Source of the DNA: a virus
Taxonomy: Duplodnaviria > Caudoviricetes
Length of the DNA: 64,000 nucleotides
Strand: one strand, 5' to 3'
IMG/VR virus record: IMGVR_UViG_3300046171_000271
Position numbers and translations under genes: made by a program. Positions 37,872 through 47,160 of the stretch are shown in pieces (position 1 is the stretch's first letter; every line of letters begins with the position of its first letter). Under the pieces are notes generated by a model. It saw nothing but the letters and a program-made list of their open reading frames with translations. It was not told the DNA's origin and did no database searches.

Positions 37872-38472
37872 TATGCATCAGTTCACTAAAGATTATTATG
37901 AGGATGGTGTAAGGAAACATATCTCTGGGTATGAAGACTATAAGTGGATGCCAACTCGTTCAATTCCTGAAGCACTTGATATTCAGAATAACTTTGAGTT
38001 CAAAACTTGTGTTGATTATGGATGTGCAAAAGGTTTTCTAGTAAATGCTCTTCGTATTATTGGATGTGATGCTTGGGGAGAAGATATTAGTGAATATGCC
38101 GTTGAAAATTGTCATCCAAATGTGAAAGATTATGTATCTCTCCCGACGGATAAATTTTATGATCTATTAATTTGTAAGGATGTTCTTGAGCATGTTGAGG
38201 TTGAAGATATACCCTCTGTTCTTCAAAATTTTAAACAAAAGTCAAATCAGTTTTTCTTCGTAATTCCTCTTGGAGATAATGATAGGTTTAGAATTAGAGA
38301 ATATGAGGTAGATATTACTCATGTCACCAAGAAAGATGAAGAGTGGTGGATTAAGATGTTTGAATCTCAGGGTATGAAACTTATTAGGTTCTCATATTCT
38401 CTGGGTTCAATTAAAGAAAAATGGGTTGAACCGCATCCTCATGGTAATGGATTCTTTATTTTAGAAACTTGA
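37828..38472 (+). CDS. Class I SAM-dependent methyltransferase
   Basis: VDYGCAKG, GEDISEYA, DLLICKDVLEHV. Confidence 0.88.
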   Translation: MTIYLLILYIMISLDMHQFTKDYYEDGVRKHISGYEDYKWMPTRSIPEALDIQNNFEFKTCVDYGCAKGFLVNALRIIGCDAWGEDISEYAVENCHPNVKDYVSLPTDKFYDLLICKDVLEHVEVEDIPSVLQNFKQKSNQFFFVIPLGDNDRFRIREYEVDITHVTKKDEEWWIKMFESQGMKLIRFSYSLGSIKEKWVEPHPHGNGFFILET

Positions 38473-38475
38473 ATA

Positions 38476-39366
38476 ATGTTAGCGACGGAATTTTTGTATG
38501 GACAAGGACTTGGAAATCAATTATTTGCATATGTAACAACTAGAGTCTTAGCACATAGATTGGGTTATGATTTTGGAATCAAGGGACTTCAAAGTGCGGG
38601 AGATTCCCGTGTCAACAACAAAGGTTTTTATTTTATGAACCTTGATTATGGTAAAAAAGTTCCTGATGACATGAAACCATACTTTGAGTATCGACATGCA
38701 ATTCATACTGATGAATGGTTGCATACTGATATTCGTTTAACTGATAAAAATTTATTATCTATTTCTGATAATCATATAATCTATGGTAATCTTCAATCTG
38801 AAGATTACTTTTGTAATGAAATTGATTTAGTTAAAGAGTGGCTTAAAGTTCGTATAATGTACGAGCATGATGACACAAACGGAAAGAACATCTGCGTTCT
38901 TAATTTCCGTGGTGGAGATATGGTTGGAAATGCTGGTGCTTTTGTTCCCAGAACATATTGGGAAAATGCAATGGATCATATGTCTCAGTATAATCCGAAC
39001 ATGGAGTATTGTATTGTAACTGATGATGTCGAATCTGCTAACAGGATGCTACCAGATATTCCTGCATACCATGTTGACGTGGCATGGGATTATGTCGCTG
39101 TCAAGAATGCAAGGAATGTCATCTGCACCACCTCCACTTTCTCCTGCTTCCCTCTCTGGACATCAAAAAATCTAGAGATGTGTATTGCACCTAAGTATTG
39201 GTTCCATCATAACTTATCTCAGGGTTGGTGGAGTCTTGGATGCAGTATCTATAGTTATCCGACATATTACATGGATAGAGACGGCAAACTCTTTACACCA
39301 GACGAATGTAGAGTAGAATGGGAAGAGTATAAAAAGACTTCAAACATTTACGATGGAGACTTATGA
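38476..39366 (+). CDS. GT11-like glycosyltransferase
   Basis: GQGLGNQLF, NFRGGD, VTDD, STFSCF, IAPKYW. Confidence 0.8.
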   Translation: MLATEFLYGQGLGNQLFAYVTTRVLAHRLGYDFGIKGLQSAGDSRVNNKGFYFMNLDYGKKVPDDMKPYFEYRHAIHTDEWLHTDIRLTDKNLLSISDNHIIYGNLQSEDYFCNEIDLVKEWLKVRIMYEHDDTNGKNICVLNFRGGDMVGNAGAFVPRTYWENAMDHMSQYNPNMEYCIVTDDVESANRMLPDIPAYHVDVAWDYVAVKNARNVICTTSTFSCFPLWTSKNLEMCIAPKYWFHHNLSQGWWSLGCSIYSYPTYYMDRDGKLFTPDECRVEWEEYKKTSNIYDGDL

Positions 39367-40064
39367 TTAATTTGCCAGATGTCACATTGATATCGGTTGA
39401 TACCACCGATGATTTATCGGGGACACTTAATGGTGTTTATACTAGTATGTCTGGCATCAAATTTGGTGATGTCAAACTTATCACAACACAAGAGCAGATT
39501 GATAATAATCCTAACCTTGTAGAAGATGGTATTACGATGCAGACACCTGTGCGTGATATTAAGAACTACAATGATTACAATTATTACGTTGTATATCACC
39601 TTCATGAACATGTAGACACTTCACATTGCCTTCTTGTTCAACCCGATGGATTTGTATTATTCCCCGATAAATGGGATGATACTTGGCTTGAATACGATTA
39701 TATTGGCGCACCATGGGCGCTTGTAGAAGACGCATACATCGATCCTTTCGGTAGACACTGGCGTGTTGGCAATGGTGGATTCTCCATGCGTAGTAAGAAA
39801 TTTCTTGAAGTCCCTACTAAAGTAGAAGTACCTTGGGAAACAAACAATAGCGATTTTTATTGGATGCCTGAGGGCATTGTAAATTACCATGAGGATGGTA
39901 ATGTCTGTGTTCATAACAGACACATCTTTCAAGAACAGGGTATGAAGTATGCTCCAGTTAATGTAGCAGTCAGGTTCTCACAGGAAACCAGAGTACCTGA
40001 AGCAGAAGGTGTAACACCATTTGGTTTCCACTATAGATTACCCCCAGGAGTTGAACTATCATGA
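39363..40064 (+). CDS. DUF5672-like glycosyltransferase-related protein
   Basis: VQPDGFV, YDYIGAPW, VGNGGFSMRSKK, RFSQE, PFGFH. Confidence 0.8.
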   Translation: MINLPDVTLISVDTTDDLSGTLNGVYTSMSGIKFGDVKLITTQEQIDNNPNLVEDGITMQTPVRDIKNYNDYNYYVVYHLHEHVDTSHCLLVQPDGFVLFPDKWDDTWLEYDYIGAPWALVEDAYIDPFGRHWRVGNGGFSMRSKKFLEVPTKVEVPWETNNSDFYWMPEGIVNYHEDGNVCVHNRHIFQEQGMKYAPVNVAVRFSQETRVPEAEGVTPFGFHYRLPPGVELS

Positions 40065-40867
40065 TCGGACATAATCACATTGGCAGAAACGGAAGATTTG
40101 GTAATCAAATGTTTCAGTATGCTGCAACTAGAGGTATTGCGGCAGCAAGGGGATATGATTTTATTATCCCTGATGGGCCTAGAACAGACGAAGAGTTTTA
40201 TGATGAAGAGAAACAACATAAACTCTTCATGGCATTTAATATGACAGGTGCTAAGAATATTGGTTTACTAGAGGCGAGTTATCGTAAAGAAGCATCTTTT
40301 AGATATGATAAAGAACTTGTAAAAAGGTGTCCTGATAATGTAAATCTCTACGGATACTTTCAATCAGAAAGGTATTTCTTTCATATTGAAGACGAAATTC
40401 GTGAGGATTTTACCTTTAGGGATGAAGTAGAAGAAAACTGTCATAATTTTCTAGATCAAGCAGTAAGTGAAAGTGAATTTATTACTCTTCATGTTCGTCG
40501 TACAGATCATTTAATCAAACCAACATTCCATCCAGTCTTACCTATCAGTTATTATGAAGAAGCACTTGGACGAATGCCTAAGGATATCCCTGTGGTTGTA
40601 CTCACGGATGATCCATCGTGGGCATTCGGACATAAATTCTTTGAATCAGATCGTTTCTTTATCTCTGAGAGTGACAACATTCACGATATGTGCCTCATGT
40701 CAATGTCACAATACAATATCATCGCAAACTCTACCTTCTCCTGGTGGGGAGCATGGTTAGCAGGACATAATAATGTGATTGCGCCTAAACTGTGGTTCGG
40801 CCCTGATGGGGAGGATCCTACAGACATTTACCAGCAGGAATGGGAGTATCTAGATGTCGAAAATTAG
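40061..40867 (+). CDS. GT11 glycosyltransferase
   Basis: GRFGNQMFQYA, GYFQSERYF, LHVRRTD, IIANSTFSWWGAWL. Confidence 0.9.
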   Translation: MIGHNHIGRNGRFGNQMFQYAATRGIAAARGYDFIIPDGPRTDEEFYDEEKQHKLFMAFNMTGAKNIGLLEASYRKEASFRYDKELVKRCPDNVNLYGYFQSERYFFHIEDEIREDFTFRDEVEENCHNFLDQAVSESEFITLHVRRTDHLIKPTFHPVLPISYYEEALGRMPKDIPVVVLTDDPSWAFGHKFFESDRFFISESDNIHDMCLMSMSQYNIIANSTFSWWGAWLAGHNNVIAPKLWFGPDGEDPTDIYQQEWEYLDVEN

Positions 40868-41615
40868 TCTTGCAATTCCCTGTCATGATAGGGGAGAAAA
40901 TGGCCCTCTTTGGTTAGATGAATTATTTCAATCAATCAAGTCACAAACATTTCAAGATATTGATATTGTCATCTCAGATCAAAGTGAGAATGATTTGATT
41001 TTAGATAAGTGTAAAGAGTGGAATGATGATTTTGAGTTTACCTATGTGAGGTATGAGGGAAGCACTCCCTGTGATAATATCAATACCGCTTTGGAGAACT
41101 GTACTGGTGACATCACAAAAATCATTTTTTCGGATGATGTCTTTACAAAAGACATTGCATTAGAGACTGTTGATCATGTATTAGAAAACTTTGATTGTAA
41201 TTGGATGTTCACTGGATATTGTGAGACTAATGATGGAAAAACATTTTATTCTCTTAAGCGTCCAAAGTGGGTGAAGGAAACTCTGATTGGAAGAAATCTT
41301 TTGAGTAGTCCTTCAGGTGTAGCATTTAAAACTGAATGTGGTGTGAAGTTTGATCCAAATCTAAAATTACTGTTAGATGTGGATTTCTACCACAACATGA
41401 GAATAAAAAATGGATTACCTGCCTTCTTTCCTGAAGTTTTTTATGCTAATAGGAATCATAGTAATAGGGTAAGTAGTCAATCTACATCTCAGTATGATTG
41501 TACAATTGAGCATCCTGAAGGTAATTGGATGATGAATCGCTCGGAATATGAATATATAACAGCGAAATATAAAGAATTTTTTGAGAATGATATGAGGTAT
41601 CCTGATGAAACTTGA
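40854..41615 (+). CDS. GT2 glycosyltransferase
   Basis: ISLAIPC, VISDQS, FSDD (DxD-like), LLDVDF. Confidence 0.85.
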   Translation: MSKISLAIPCHDRGENGPLWLDELFQSIKSQTFQDIDIVISDQSENDLILDKCKEWNDDFEFTYVRYEGSTPCDNINTALENCTGDITKIIFSDDVFTKDIALETVDHVLENFDCNWMFTGYCETNDGKTFYSLKRPKWVKETLIGRNLLSSPSGVAFKTECGVKFDPNLKLLLDVDFYHNMRIKNGLPAFFPEVFYANRNHSNRVSSQSTSQYDCTIEHPEGNWMMNRSEYEYITAKYKEFFENDMRYPDET

Positions 41616-42417
41616 TTTAACTGATGCAACTTTTATTATTCCTATTCGTATTGAATCTGAGGATAGGCTGAGGAATGTTATTACTTCAGTCGCATTTCTT
41701 TTAAACAACTTTAACACCAATATCATTATCAAAGAGGTTGATAAGACTTCTGTATTCAAAGAGAGGGCACTTCCTCAGTTAGAAAGTTTTTTTGGAGAAG
41801 TCAAAATAAAGCATATCTTTGAAGAGAGTGATGAACCTCTGTTTCATCGTCAGAAAGTTCTCAATGAAATGATAATCGAGGCAGACACTGAAATTGTAGT
41901 TAATTATGATTGTGATGTTATTCTTCCTCTTAAATCATATGAAATGGCATACGAGGGAATTAAGCAAAAGATTTATGATGTAGTATATCCATACGGAGAA
42001 GGATTGTATCAGCGGCAAGTGAATGCAGAGGATAAAATTGTATCTGCTTTCCTTGATAGTAATGATTATTCTGTTTTAGATTCAGTCTCTAATGATCATA
42101 CATCAGACTTTGGGTGGGCTCAGTTCTTCCGCCGTAGTGTTTATATTGAAGGTGGTATGGAGAATGAAAATTTCCGTGCATATGCACCCGAGGATAAAGA
42201 GAGGTATTTTAGATTTACAACTCTGGGATATAAGGTAGGTAGAATCAGCGATGTAGTTTATCATTTAGAACATGCTAGAGGAGAAAATTCATGGTTCTCC
42301 AACCCACATATGAAATCAAATCTTCATGAGTGGGAAATGATAAGTAGAATGGACAAAAAGCAATTAATGGATTATTATTCTAAACAAGAATATCTGGAGA
42401 AGTATGCTCGCATTTAA
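41605..42417 (+). CDS. GT2/GT7-like glycosyltransferase
   Basis: FIIPIR, NYDCDV, GGMENENFRAYAPED, VYHLEH. Confidence 0.82.
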   Translation: MKLDLTDATFIIPIRIESEDRLRNVITSVAFLLNNFNTNIIIKEVDKTSVFKERALPQLESFFGEVKIKHIFEESDEPLFHRQKVLNEMIIEADTEIVVNYDCDVILPLKSYEMAYEGIKQKIYDVVYPYGEGLYQRQVNAEDKIVSAFLDSNDYSVLDSVSNDHTSDFGWAQFFRRSVYIEGGMENENFRAYAPEDKERYFRFTTLGYKVGRISDVVYHLEHARGENSWFSNPHMKSNLHEWEMISRMDKKQLMDYYSKQEYLEKYARI

Positions 42418-43258
42418 TCAACTCGGAAACCTAGGAAGACTAGGAAATCAAATGTTTGAGTATGCTGCGCTTCGTGGTATTGCTGCTAAACATGGTTATG
42501 ACTGGTGTATCCCTCCATATAATGCGCAGAGTATTGAGAACTATAGTCTTCATTATTGTTTCAAGATGGAGGATGTAAAAGAAGAAAACCTTCAACAGAG
42601 GAATGCTGGATTTATTCAAGAAAGATTCTTTCAATATGATGAATATCTCGTAGAGAAGTGTCCTGATAATGTTAGTTTGCATGGATTCTTTCAATCCGAA
42701 AAATATTTCAAGCATATAGAAAGTGTCATTCGGAAAGAGTATACTTTTCATGATGAGCATCTTGAACCATGTAAACAAATCATGGATGAATTTAAGGATC
42801 AAGAACCAATTATGCTTCATGTTAGACGAGGTGATCCTAATCTGACAGATCCTCGTGGATTTAAATGGGCATACACTCAGTGTTCATCAATGCACCCACC
42901 TCAGACTATTGATTATTATGAACGTGCTCTTGCAGAATTTGATGACAATCAACCCGTCTTTGTATTCTCTGATTCTGTTGATTGGGTAAAAAAACAAGAA
43001 TTTTTTTCTGGTGATAGATTTTTTATTTCAGAACCAGTTGATAAATATGCAGATGGATCTTTTACTCCATATGCTGACTTGTGCTTGATGTCTTTGTGTT
43101 CTCATGCTATTATTGCTAATAGTAGTATGAGTTGGTGGGGTGCCTGGTTGCAGACAAACCCTAACAAAAAAGTAGTTGCGCCAAATAATTGGTTTGGCCC
43201 TGCATATGCAGATAAGGATACTACTGATCTTTATTGTCCTGATTGGATCATCCTATGA
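42404..43258 (+). CDS. GT11 glycosyltransferase
   Basis: GRLGNQMFEYA, GFFQSEKYF, LHVRRGD, IIANSSMSWWGAWL. Confidence 0.9.
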   Translation: MLAFNQLGNLGRLGNQMFEYAALRGIAAKHGYDWCIPPYNAQSIENYSLHYCFKMEDVKEENLQQRNAGFIQERFFQYDEYLVEKCPDNVSLHGFFQSEKYFKHIESVIRKEYTFHDEHLEPCKQIMDEFKDQEPIMLHVRRGDPNLTDPRGFKWAYTQCSSMHPPQTIDYYERALAEFDDNQPVFVFSDSVDWVKKQEFFSGDRFFISEPVDKYADGSFTPYADLCLMSLCSHAIIANSSMSWWGAWLQTNPNKKVVAPNNWFGPAYADKDTTDLYCPDWIIL

Positions 43259-44094
43259 ACAGAATTAACGATTATACTGAACTGGAATCTAGGATCGTTT
43301 CCTGGATTCGTGAATATGCTGATAATAATGCTATCAATGCATTAGTTGTTGGTGTTTCCGGTGGTATTGATTCCGCTGTAGTTTCTACGCTTTGCGCTAG
43401 AACTGGAATTCCCACCTTTGTATTGACGATGCCTCTTGCATCAAAAATGGATAATACTATTCTATCTACATCTCACGCAACATATCTCCGAGAGACATAT
43501 GATAATGTAGTGATGCAGAATGTAGAATTATCTTCTACATATGAACAACTGCTGAAGTCTATTGATTGGTGGACTGATATGCACGGTGGAGAGAGAGGAA
43601 CTTATACCTCTAATCAACTTGCAAATGCCAATACCAAGTCACGTCTACGTATGGTAACTTTATATCAAGTTGCAGGATCTGTTGGGGGTATTGTTGTAGG
43701 TACTGGTAACAAAGTTGAAGATTATGGTATCGGATTCTATACTAAATATGGTGACGGTGGTGTTGATATCGCACCTATTGCTGATCTGTACAAAACAGAA
43801 GTATGGGAACTTGGTAGACATCTTGGTGTCGATCAGCGTATCATCGATGCTGCTCCTACAGATGGACTGTGGGAAGACAGCAGAACTGATGAAGCACAGG
43901 TTGGTGCATCCTATGAGGATCTAGAATGGGTGATGGAGTCTGAAATTTTCTCTCATGAAAAAGAACCAGAGTCTGCTACCATGTGGAGAGGCATAGAACT
44001 GACTGAAAATCAAAAATCTGCTATCAAGCAGTATGGTAAGTTTCACCGTCAGAACAAGCATAAAATGATCTCTATTCCTACATTCAAACTATGA
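43243..44094 (+). CDS. nadE: NH3-dependent NAD+ synthetase
   Basis: GVSGGIDS, NTKSRLRM, GTGNKVE, GFYTKYGDG, APTDGLW; no glutaminase domain. Confidence 0.93.
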   Translation: MDHPMNRINDYTELESRIVSWIREYADNNAINALVVGVSGGIDSAVVSTLCARTGIPTFVLTMPLASKMDNTILSTSHATYLRETYDNVVMQNVELSSTYEQLLKSIDWWTDMHGGERGTYTSNQLANANTKSRLRMVTLYQVAGSVGGIVVGTGNKVEDYGIGFYTKYGDGGVDIAPIADLYKTEVWELGRHLGVDQRIIDAAPTDGLWEDSRTDEAQVGASYEDLEWVMESEIFSHEKEPESATMWRGIELTENQKSAIKQYGKFHRQNKHKMISIPTFKL

Positions 44095-45227
44095 AAATTG
44101 GTGTAATTGGTGCGGGGCGACTTGGTATTTGCTTCGCACTTCTTTGTGAACAAGCAGGGTATGATGTATTAGTCTCTGATATTCGCGAAGATTACGTTGC
44201 GGATCTTATGGAAAAGAAGATCAAGACTAACGAACCTGATGTTCAAGATTTACTTAATCAATCTAATAATTTTTCAGCTACAACTAGCAATCAAAAAGTA
44301 ATCGAAGAGTGTGATATCGTTTACACTCTTGTTGCAACTCCGTCTTTACCTAGTGGTGACTATGATGTCAGTGCCGTTTGGAGAGTTGTTGATGATATCA
44401 TCAAGTCTGGTGTAAAAGATAAGTCTTTCATCGTTGGATGCACCACTAATCCTGGTGATTGTGAGATGTTCCAGGAAAGACTAGATGAAATAGGATGGGA
44501 AACATTCTATAATCCAGAGTTCATCGCTCAAGGATCTATTGTTAAAGATCTTCAGAATGCCGATATGGTTCTCATTGGTGGTAAGTGGGGTAAAACATTT
44601 GATAAATTATCTGACTTGTATCATAAAATTCAAGTTACTAAACCTCAGATTAGTTTGATGTCTAGAACAGCTTCTGAGGTGGTTAAAATTGCCACTAACT
44701 GCTTCCTCACTACGAAGATTAGTTATGCCAACATGATGGGACAGGTTCTTACTCTTGACGGTATGGAGGATGAGATTGATACTGTGCTTGATGCCATTGG
44801 TGCTGACAGTCGAATTGGTAAAAAGTATTTGAAGTTTGGTTATGGTTTTGGTGGCCCTTGTCTGCCTAGAGATAATCGTGCTTTTGCTGCTTATGCCAAG
44901 AGTCTTGGAGTCGAATATAATTTAGGCGCTACGACTGATAATTTTAACGAGGCACACAGTAAGTTTCTTCTTGATTATATGATTTGTAAGAATCATAAAA
45001 GTCTTCCTTACTATTTTGACTATGTTTCTTATAAAAGAGGAACAGATATACTTACAGAAAGTCAGCAGTTTAAACTCTGTAGAGCATTGCTTGACGAAGG
45101 ATATATTGTGTATATTAATGATAACGAAACTATCCTAAATCGTGTTAAAGATACTCTGTATGATCAATACTATGATAGAGTGAAGTTTGGAGAACCTGAC
45201 GAGGAAGTATTTAAAGTAGATATCTAA
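44091..45227 (+). CDS. ugd: UDP-glucose/GDP-mannose 6-dehydrogenase
   Basis: GAGRLG, YNPEFIAQG, KIATNCFLTTKISYAN, GYGFGGPCLPRD. Confidence 0.9.
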   Translation: MKIGVIGAGRLGICFALLCEQAGYDVLVSDIREDYVADLMEKKIKTNEPDVQDLLNQSNNFSATTSNQKVIEECDIVYTLVATPSLPSGDYDVSAVWRVVDDIIKSGVKDKSFIVGCTTNPGDCEMFQERLDEIGWETFYNPEFIAQGSIVKDLQNADMVLIGGKWGKTFDKLSDLYHKIQVTKPQISLMSRTASEVVKIATNCFLTTKISYANMMGQVLTLDGMEDEIDTVLDAIGADSRIGKKYLKFGYGFGGPCLPRDNRAFAAYAKSLGVEYNLGATTDNFNEAHSKFLLDYMICKNHKSLPYYFDYVSYKRGTDILTESQQFKLCRALLDEGYIVYINDNETILNRVKDTLYDQYYDRVKFGEPDEEVFKVDI

Positions 45228-46051
45228 TGACTTTTGCTAACGCTGAAAAGAACAAATCAAAACATAAACTCCGTAACTTTGGCCCTGTTTATTATCTAAA
45301 CTTGGATGATCAACCAGAAAGGCGTCAGTTTATGGAAGATCAATTTGAGTATTGGGGAGTTGAAAACTATGAACGCATTTCTGCTTATGATGGCAGAGAT
45401 GATGATCTTGGCCATATTCTCAAAGGTAAATATCCAAATCAAATGTCATCCGGTGAGATTGGTTGTACCACTTCTCATCTTAAAGCACTCAAACATTGGT
45501 TAGATACATCTGATAGTCCTTATGCGATCATTATGGAAGATGATTGTAGTCTTGAAACAGTTCAGTGTTGGAATTTTGTTTGGGATGATTTTATTGCATA
45601 TGCTCCGTATGACTATGATGTAATTCAACTTGCAATTATTTGTACTGGAGATATTCATGTTAAGATTCATAAGAGGTTCGTCAATGACTTTTCTACCGCT
45701 TGCTATATGATTACTAGACGCCATGCACAAAAATTGATAGACTTTCATGTGCGTGGAAACAAATACAAATTAGATAACGGAGTAAAACCACGTCCTGTTG
45801 CAGATGATTTAATCTATAATTCTGGTAATACATATTCGATCCCACTACTTCTTTACCGCACAGAACTTGGTTCTAGTATCCATCCAGAGCATGTTGATGC
45901 ATATCATATAGGTAACTATAAAGCACAATCTAACTATTGGATCACAAACGGATCTAATATGAGTATCAAAGAACAAATGGATTATGATCCATATCTGGGT
46001 AGAATCACAGAAAACTCTGCTGCAAAAAGTTCGGAAACCTCAACAAGTTGA
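45227..46051 (+). CDS. GT25 glycosyltransferase
   Basis: YYLNLDDQPERR, GEIGCTTSH, IMEDD, TACYMIT, ADDLI. Confidence 0.85.
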   Translation: MTFANAEKNKSKHKLRNFGPVYYLNLDDQPERRQFMEDQFEYWGVENYERISAYDGRDDDLGHILKGKYPNQMSSGEIGCTTSHLKALKHWLDTSDSPYAIIMEDDCSLETVQCWNFVWDDFIAYAPYDYDVIQLAIICTGDIHVKIHKRFVNDFSTACYMITRRHAQKLIDFHVRGNKYKLDNGVKPRPVADDLIYNSGNTYSIPLLLYRTELGSSIHPEHVDAYHIGNYKAQSNYWITNGSNMSIKEQMDYDPYLGRITENSAAKSSETSTS

Positions 46052-46076
46052 CAGAATCTGAAGAAACTGTTATCAT
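46048..46076 (+). promoter_or_regulatory. Sigma70-type promoter (with overlapping CATAAATA)
   Basis: TTGACA-N17-TATCAT. Confidence 0.65.
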
Positions 46077-46116
46077 AAATACTTAACCTTTTGCTTTGCA
46101 TTAGGTATAATTACAC

Positions 46117-46161
46117 AGAACCATGTCGAGGTTCTTTCCATCTGCGGGTATTCATTCCGCA
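46117..46161 (+). other. Two-hairpin 5' leader of the porin-like gene
   Basis: AGAACC/GGTTCT and TGCGGG/TCCGCA stems. Confidence 0.45.
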
Positions 46162-46184
46162 AGTAAATAAAGGTACACAAAAAA

Positions 46185-46559
46185 ATGTTTAAATCTGTAT
46201 TCGCAGCAACTGCTGCTCTGTTCACTTCCGCAGGCGCTGCCCTTGCAGGCCCTTATGTCAACGTCGAAACCAACGCAGCTTGGGCAGGCGATGATTACGC
46301 TGGGGCTACTACAGATCTCCACGTAGGCGTTGAAGGTGAAGTCGGTACTGCTGATGTCTATGTACAAGGCGGCCCTTCTATCGTTGCTATCGATGGTGAA
46401 GAAAACGAAACCCGTTTCTCTGGTAAGGTTGGTGTTGGTTTCCCTGTCTCCGATGCTCTTGGTGTCTATGGTGAACTTTCTGCGATTACCGCTACCGATG
46501 AGTTTGAACTTGATGATCTCAGCGTCGGTGGTAAACTGGGTGTGAAGTACAACTTCTGA
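46185..46559 (+). CDS. Small outer-membrane beta-barrel-like protein
   Basis: Signal peptide ending ALA-GPYV, alternating beta strands, C-terminal KYNF. Confidence 0.8.
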   Translation: MFKSVFAATAALFTSAGAALAGPYVNVETNAAWAGDDYAGATTDLHVGVEGEVGTADVYVQGGPSIVAIDGEENETRFSGKVGVGFPVSDALGVYGELSAITATDEFELDDLSVGGKLGVKYNF

Positions 46560-46589
46560 TAAGTTAATTAATATACATCTAGATGTGTT

Positions 46590-46617
46590 GGGGTGCTGAC
46601 GAGCACCCCTTTTTTTT
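46590..46617 (+). terminator. Rho-independent terminator
   Basis: GGGGTGCT/AGCACCCC followed by T8. Confidence 0.9.
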
Positions 46618-46672
46618 GTTTAAATTTTGTTTAAACCGCTCTATATACCAAGGTTTGTCTTTGGTTAACGAA

Positions 46673-46716
46673 TTTAACCTATTCTTAAATACATAACCAG
46701 AAGTCTCTGTTATACT
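46673..46716 (+). promoter_or_regulatory. Candidate Pho box plus -10 for the porin-pstS operon
   Basis: TTTAACCT (46673) and CTTAAATA (46684) at an 11-bp period, in the -35 zone of TATACT (46711-46716). Confidence 0.5.
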
Positions 46717-46761
46717 ATCAAAGTCTTCAAAAGACAAACAAGTAGTTTGCAAAACAAAGAA

Positions 46762-47133
46762 ATGAAAACACAAGCACTTGCCGCACTGGCACTGACTGCA
46801 CTGGCGACACCTGCTCTGGCTGGCCCTTATGTCTCCACTAAGTCAGAATTTAAGGGTGATGAAGATGGATATGGTAAGACTGTTCATCAAGCTCGCGTCG
46901 GTTATGGAACCAAACTGAACGGTGGTATCAAACCTTACGTTGAAATTGGCCGTGGAATTTCCGCTGATGATGGTGTAGAAGTTTTTGATGGTGATGGTTT
47001 CACTGTTGCTGAAGTTGGTGCATCTTTCCCCATTACTGAAAGTTTCTCCGCTAAGGCAAAGTTTGAGCACAAGTGGGCTGAAGATGATGCTCGTGATTGG
47101 AAGTTTGAAGTTGGCACCAAGTACAAGTTCTGA
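46762..47133 (+). CDS. Second small outer-membrane beta-barrel-like protein
   Basis: Signal peptide ending ALA-GPYV, C-terminal KYKF; paralog of 46185. Confidence 0.8.
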   Translation: MKTQALAALALTALATPALAGPYVSTKSEFKGDEDGYGKTVHQARVGYGTKLNGGIKPYVEIGRGISADDGVEVFDGDGFTVAEVGASFPITESFSAKAKFEHKWAEDDARDWKFEVGTKYKF

Positions 47134-47160
47134 TCTCTAATTTAAAACGAGGACATAAAA

